64,000 nt of DNA. It comes from a bacterium (GTDB taxonomy: Bacteria > Zhuqueibacterota > Zhuqueibacteria > Residuimicrobiales > Krinioviventaceae). Shown in pieces: positions 60,817-64,000 of the stretch (position 1 is its first letter; the number at the start of each line of letters is the position of its first letter). The stretch is from positions 480,001-544,000 of the forward strand of contig CAXXMD010000002.1 of assembly GCA_963675755.2 (NCBI GenBank). The letters are read 5' to 3'. Below the pieces are notes generated by a model, which worked only from the letters and a program-made list of their open reading frames with translations, was not told the origin of the DNA and did no database searches. Both the position numbers and the translations under genes were made by a program.

Positions 60817-61388
60817 GAATTTGCCTGTATGGCGGTACCTATGATCCAATTCACAATGCTCATTTAACCATTGCGGAATGTGCTGTTGATCAACTGTTTC
60901 TTGATGAACTCATTTTTATGCCTTCTGCAATTTCTCCGCACAAGACAGATCAAAATATAACCTCGTCTAATGCAAGATTGTTAATGGTACAAACAGCTAT
61001 ACAATCGTACCCTGCTTTTTCTGTTTCTGATTATGAAATGAAAAAACAGGGTATTTCTTTTACAATAAACACTGTAGAGTATCTGAGTTCATTGTATAAT
61101 GTTTCTCGTAATAATTTTTTTATGCTCATTGGTGGAGATAATTACAAGGACTTTGAAAGGTGGAAGGAGCCTGAAAAGATTCTTGAATTGTGTACACCCG
61201 TAGTGGCTGCTCGACCTGGTATTTCTTCTCGCAAGATAAAAAAGAATAATTTCATATTTCTTGATACCCCCTTGATGGATATCTCTTCAACTGATATCCG
61301 AAATCGTGTGAAGCAAAATAAACCCATAAATGAACTTGTACCTAAATCGGTAGCAGAGATTATTTATAAAAATAAACTCTATTTATGA
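60813..61388 (+). CDS. nadD: nicotinate-nucleotide adenylyltransferase
   Basis: GGTYDPIHNAH, SPHK, SFTINT, IGGD, ISSTDIR. Confidence 0.94.
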   Translation: MRICLYGGTYDPIHNAHLTIAECAVDQLFLDELIFMPSAISPHKTDQNITSSNARLLMVQTAIQSYPAFSVSDYEMKKQGISFTINTVEYLSSLYNVSRNNFFMLIGGDNYKDFERWKEPEKILELCTPVVAARPGISSRKIKKNNFIFLDTPLMDISSTDIRNRVKQNKPINELVPKSVAEIIYKNKLYL

Positions 61389-61699
61389 TCTGGGTCTTGT
61401 TTATCCATTGAATTCAAATGATCGTTTATTTCTGTTAGTGTATTATTGAATTGGAGGGGGTGACTGCGATAATACTCGATAACTTGCACAAAATCTTTTT
61501 CATTCATTTCGAACTTGACCAGTGATGAATCTAAAAGCTCTTCTTTAGGAGTATCCAGTGAATCCAGTTGAATTCTTTCAAGATAATCGGTGTATACCTT
61601 TAATCCTTTTTTGATTAATTCATCAGGTATTGTTTTATCGACAGTAGGTTTTGAGCAAAAAATAAATAATAAAAATAATAGAATAGCATAACGTTTCAT
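61379..61699 (-). CDS. hypothetical small lipoprotein (DUF4296-like)
   Basis: AAGGA RBS, signal peptide ending IFC-S, YY..HP..F motif. Confidence 0.55.
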   Translation of the reverse strand: MKRYAILLFLLFIFCSKPTVDKTIPDELIKKGLKVYTDYLERIQLDSLDTPKEELLDSSLVKFEMNEKDFVQVIEYYRSHPLQFNNTLTEINDHLNSMDKQDPDHK

Positions 61700-61767
61700 T
61701 GTTTATCCTTGTTTAGGTTTGTTCAAATTAGAAAATAAATAATAAAAATACAATAACATTTCTTTGC

Positions 61768-61796
61768 TTGATTTTTAACAATATATTTGATAATTT
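61768..61796 (+). promoter_or_regulatory. putative sigma70-type promoter for radA-tgt
   Basis: TTGATT-N17-TAATTT. Confidence 0.4.
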
Positions 61797-61813
61797 TAAA
61801 ACTTGATGTTAAC

Positions 61814-61837
61814 AGCGCCGATTTATCGGCGCTTTTT
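61814..61837 (+). terminator. terminator-like hairpin just upstream of radA
   Basis: AGCGCCGAT-TT-ATCGGCGCT followed by TTTT. Confidence 0.55.
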
Positions 61838-61852
61838 GTATGAAAAATCCAA

Positions 61853-63226
61853 ATGGCTAAAAACAAAAAAGATAAAACACATTTTGTATGTCAAAACTGT
61901 GGATATGATACCCTGCGTTGGCAGGGTAAGTGCCCGTCTTGTGACTCGTGGAACAGTTTTGTAGAAGAACGCGTTCAAACTGTTGCTGATGTGGTTACGA
62001 TTTCTGATGTCGTTGAGCATAAAGCTCCACAAGTTTTGAGTAAAATCATTACAGATGATGCTCCCAGATTAAAAACGGCAAGCACTGAATTTAATCGAGT
62101 GCTGGGTGGAGGAATTGTACCCGGTTCTGTAATTTTGCTTGGTGGTGATCCGGGAATTGGTAAATCTACTTTGTTATTGCAAGAGGCAGCCCATTTTACC
62201 AATCCTGATTTTTCTGTCCTCTATATTAGTGGAGAAGAATCAACCCGACAAATTAAAATGCGGGCTAATCGATTAAAGATTGATTCAGAACATTTGTATG
62301 TATTGGCTGAAACAGAGTTGGAAGCTTCAATAAATGCCATTGAAAAGATTAAACCCTCTTTGGTGATTATTGATTCAATACAAACCGTTTATGCAAGTTA
62401 TCTTGACAGTGCTCCTGGCAGTATAAGTCAGGTACGAGAGTGTGCACTTAAATTTATACAGGTTGCCAAGTCCAATACAATTCCAATTATATTTGTTGGC
62501 CATGTTACAAAAGAAGGCTATCTTGCTGGACCCAAAGTTTTGGAACATATGGTAGATGCTTTACTTTTGTTTGAAGGAGACCGTGACCATTTTCACCGTA
62601 TATTGAGAGCTGCGAAAAATCGATTTGGTTCTACAAGGGAAATTGGCGTTTTTGAAATGATTGATCGTGGACTGATGGATGTTATTAATCCTTCTGCTGT
62701 ATTCTTGTCTGAACGTCGTGCAGATACCAGTGGCTCAACGGTTATTTGCTGTATGGAAGGTACCCGACCCATCCTTGTTGAAATTCAGGCATTGATTGCT
62801 CCCGCAAATTATGGGATGCCTCAACGTACAACTACGGGATTGGACTATAAAAGAACAGGTATGCTGCTGGCAGTATTGGAAAAGCGCCTTGGATATAGAA
62901 TCAAGAATATGGATGTTTTTGTAAATGCTGTAGGCGGAATGAGAATTGACGAGACAGCCGCAGATTTGGGTGTGCTGGCTTGTATGGCATCAAACATTAG
63001 TAATAAAATTGTAGATTCACAAGCCCTGTTACTGGGCGAAGTTGGCCTGGGTGGAGAATTGCGATCCGTATCTCATATTGAATCCCGTTTGGCAGAAGCT
63101 GAAAAAATGGGATTTCTTTATGCAATCATCCCGGCAAGTAATAAAAAAAGTATTTCAAAATCATTTGATATAGAAATTAGAACAGCTAAAACAGCTCAAG
63201 AAGCATTATCACAAATTTTAAACTAG
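61853..63226 (+). CDS. radA: DNA repair protein RadA/Sms
   Basis: CQNCG..W.GKCPSC zinc finger, GDPGIGKST, KNRFG. Confidence 0.96.
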   Translation: MAKNKKDKTHFVCQNCGYDTLRWQGKCPSCDSWNSFVEERVQTVADVVTISDVVEHKAPQVLSKIITDDAPRLKTASTEFNRVLGGGIVPGSVILLGGDPGIGKSTLLLQEAAHFTNPDFSVLYISGEESTRQIKMRANRLKIDSEHLYVLAETELEASINAIEKIKPSLVIIDSIQTVYASYLDSAPGSISQVRECALKFIQVAKSNTIPIIFVGHVTKEGYLAGPKVLEHMVDALLLFEGDRDHFHRILRAAKNRFGSTREIGVFEMIDRGLMDVINPSAVFLSERRADTSGSTVICCMEGTRPILVEIQALIAPANYGMPQRTTTGLDYKRTGMLLAVLEKRLGYRIKNMDVFVNAVGGMRIDETAADLGVLACMASNISNKIVDSQALLLGEVGLGGELRSVSHIESRLAEAEKMGFLYAIIPASNKKSISKSFDIEIRTAKTAQEALSQILN

Positions 63227-63227
63227 T

Positions 63228-64000
63228 ATGAAATTTACATTAGAACACACAGATCCTCAAACACAAGCCCGTGCAGGTACACTTGAAACCGCACATGGTG
63301 TAATAAAAACACCAATATTTATGCCCGTGGGAACCCAGGCTTCTGTAAAAGCAATCTCTCCTCAGGATTTAAACGAGTTAAAGGCCCAAATAATTTTGGG
63401 AAATACATATCATTTGTATTTACGTCCCGGAACAGAGATTGTTAAAAAAGCGGGGGGTATCCAAAAGTTTAGCAGCTGGCATGGACCTGTATTAACAGAC
63501 AGTGGCGGTTATCAGGTTTTTAGTTTAAGCGATTTGAATAAAATATCCAAAGAGGGATTCAAATTCCAATCTCATCTTGATGGTTCATATCATCACTTTA
63601 CTCCCGAGAATGTCGTTCAGCATCAGCGTGAACTTGGTTCTGACATTATGATGGTTCTTGATGAATGTGTACCTTATCCTGCTGAATTTGATTATGTCAA
63701 AAAGTCCAATGCTATTACAATAGATTGGGCTGCAAGAAGTATAAAGACATTTAAGGAAATGGGGCCGGTGCACGATTTTGATCAGACTTTGTTTGCAATA
63801 GTTCAAGGTGGAACCTATACAGACCTTCGCAGGGATTGTGCAAATGCCTTGGTTGACATGGATTTTCCGGGATATGCTGTAGGTGGTTTATCGGTAGGTG
63901 AACCCAAAGATGATATGTACAACATGACAGCTGTTTGTACAGAAATTTTACCCAAAGAAAAACCACGTTATCTTATGGGAGTTGGAAAACCAGAAGATCT
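63228..64000 (+). CDS. tgt: queuine tRNA-ribosyltransferase (partial, runs off window end)
   Basis: Manual translation: MKFTL...ARAG.L.T.HG.IKTPIFMPVGT, GNTYHL.LRPG, TDSGGYQVFS, VQGG, GGLSVGE, PRYLMGVG. Confidence 0.95.
   Translation, partial: MKFTLEHTDPQTQARAGTLETAHGVIKTPIFMPVGTQASVKAISPQDLNELKAQIILGNTYHLYLRPGTEIVKKAGGIQKFSSWHGPVLTDSGGYQVFSLSDLNKISKEGFKFQSHLDGSYHHFTPENVVQHQRELGSDIMMVLDECVPYPAEFDYVKKSNAITIDWAARSIKTFKEMGPVHDFDQTLFAIVQGGTYTDLRRDCANALVDMDFPGYAVGGLSVGEPKDDMYNMTAVCTEILPKEKPRYLMGVGKPED

Noticed and set aside
673-63966. Many short ORFs (60-135 aa) antisense to or overlapping recognised genes
   Set aside because: Shadow frames of real genes with no motifs or RBS; only those explained by frameshifts (2160..2429, 3083..3307, 3304..3987) were used
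1-64000. CRISPR arrays, tRNA/rRNA, IS elements, integrases, prophage or defence genes
   Set aside because: No repeat-spacer periodicity, cloverleaf, transposase, recombinase or phage motifs recognised by eye; a covariance-model scan was not possible

Overview
AT-rich bacterial chromosomal window. The gene order (yicC-gmk-rpoZ-coaBC-udg-dnaB, PorV-like barrels, bS22-type ribosomal peptide) together with strong Shine-Dalgarno use suggests a non-Bacteroidota FCB-type lineage such as KSB1, Calditrichota or Ignavibacteria; this is inference. About 36-64 kb is core housekeeping (rluA-like, galE, sppA, HU/IHF, xseAB, dxs, nadK, mutS, gmk, rpoZ, coaBC, dnaB, rel, ruvX, lnt, bamD, nadD, radA, tgt). 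About 0-36 kb is accessory: a Tat-exported Gfo/Idh/MocA oxidoreductase next to a tetraheme NapC/NirT-FGE-fold fusion, PAS kinases, galactose uptake, two trehalose pathways and a Zn ABC transporter. Two modules stand out. (1) A minus-strand run at 19.9-31.3 kb: PAP2 phosphatase, PAS histidine kinase, Omp85-like barrel, kinase-fold lipoprotein, two NTT (ATP/ADP translocase family) transporters (one with HEAT repeats), cNMP-binding protein and response regulator; candidate system for delivering nucleotides to an envelope kinase. (2) A divergent three-gene operon at 31.5-35.8 kb: REC-NrtA/CmpA-like-CheW fusion, DUF169, and DsrC/TusE-like-cysteine desulfurase fusion; candidate sulfur-relay-linked chemosensory input. 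Three homopolymer frameshifts cluster in the first 4 kb and are probably sequencing errors. No rRNA, tRNA, CRISPR array or mobile element was recognised. All family calls come from motif recognition by eye, not from database searches.
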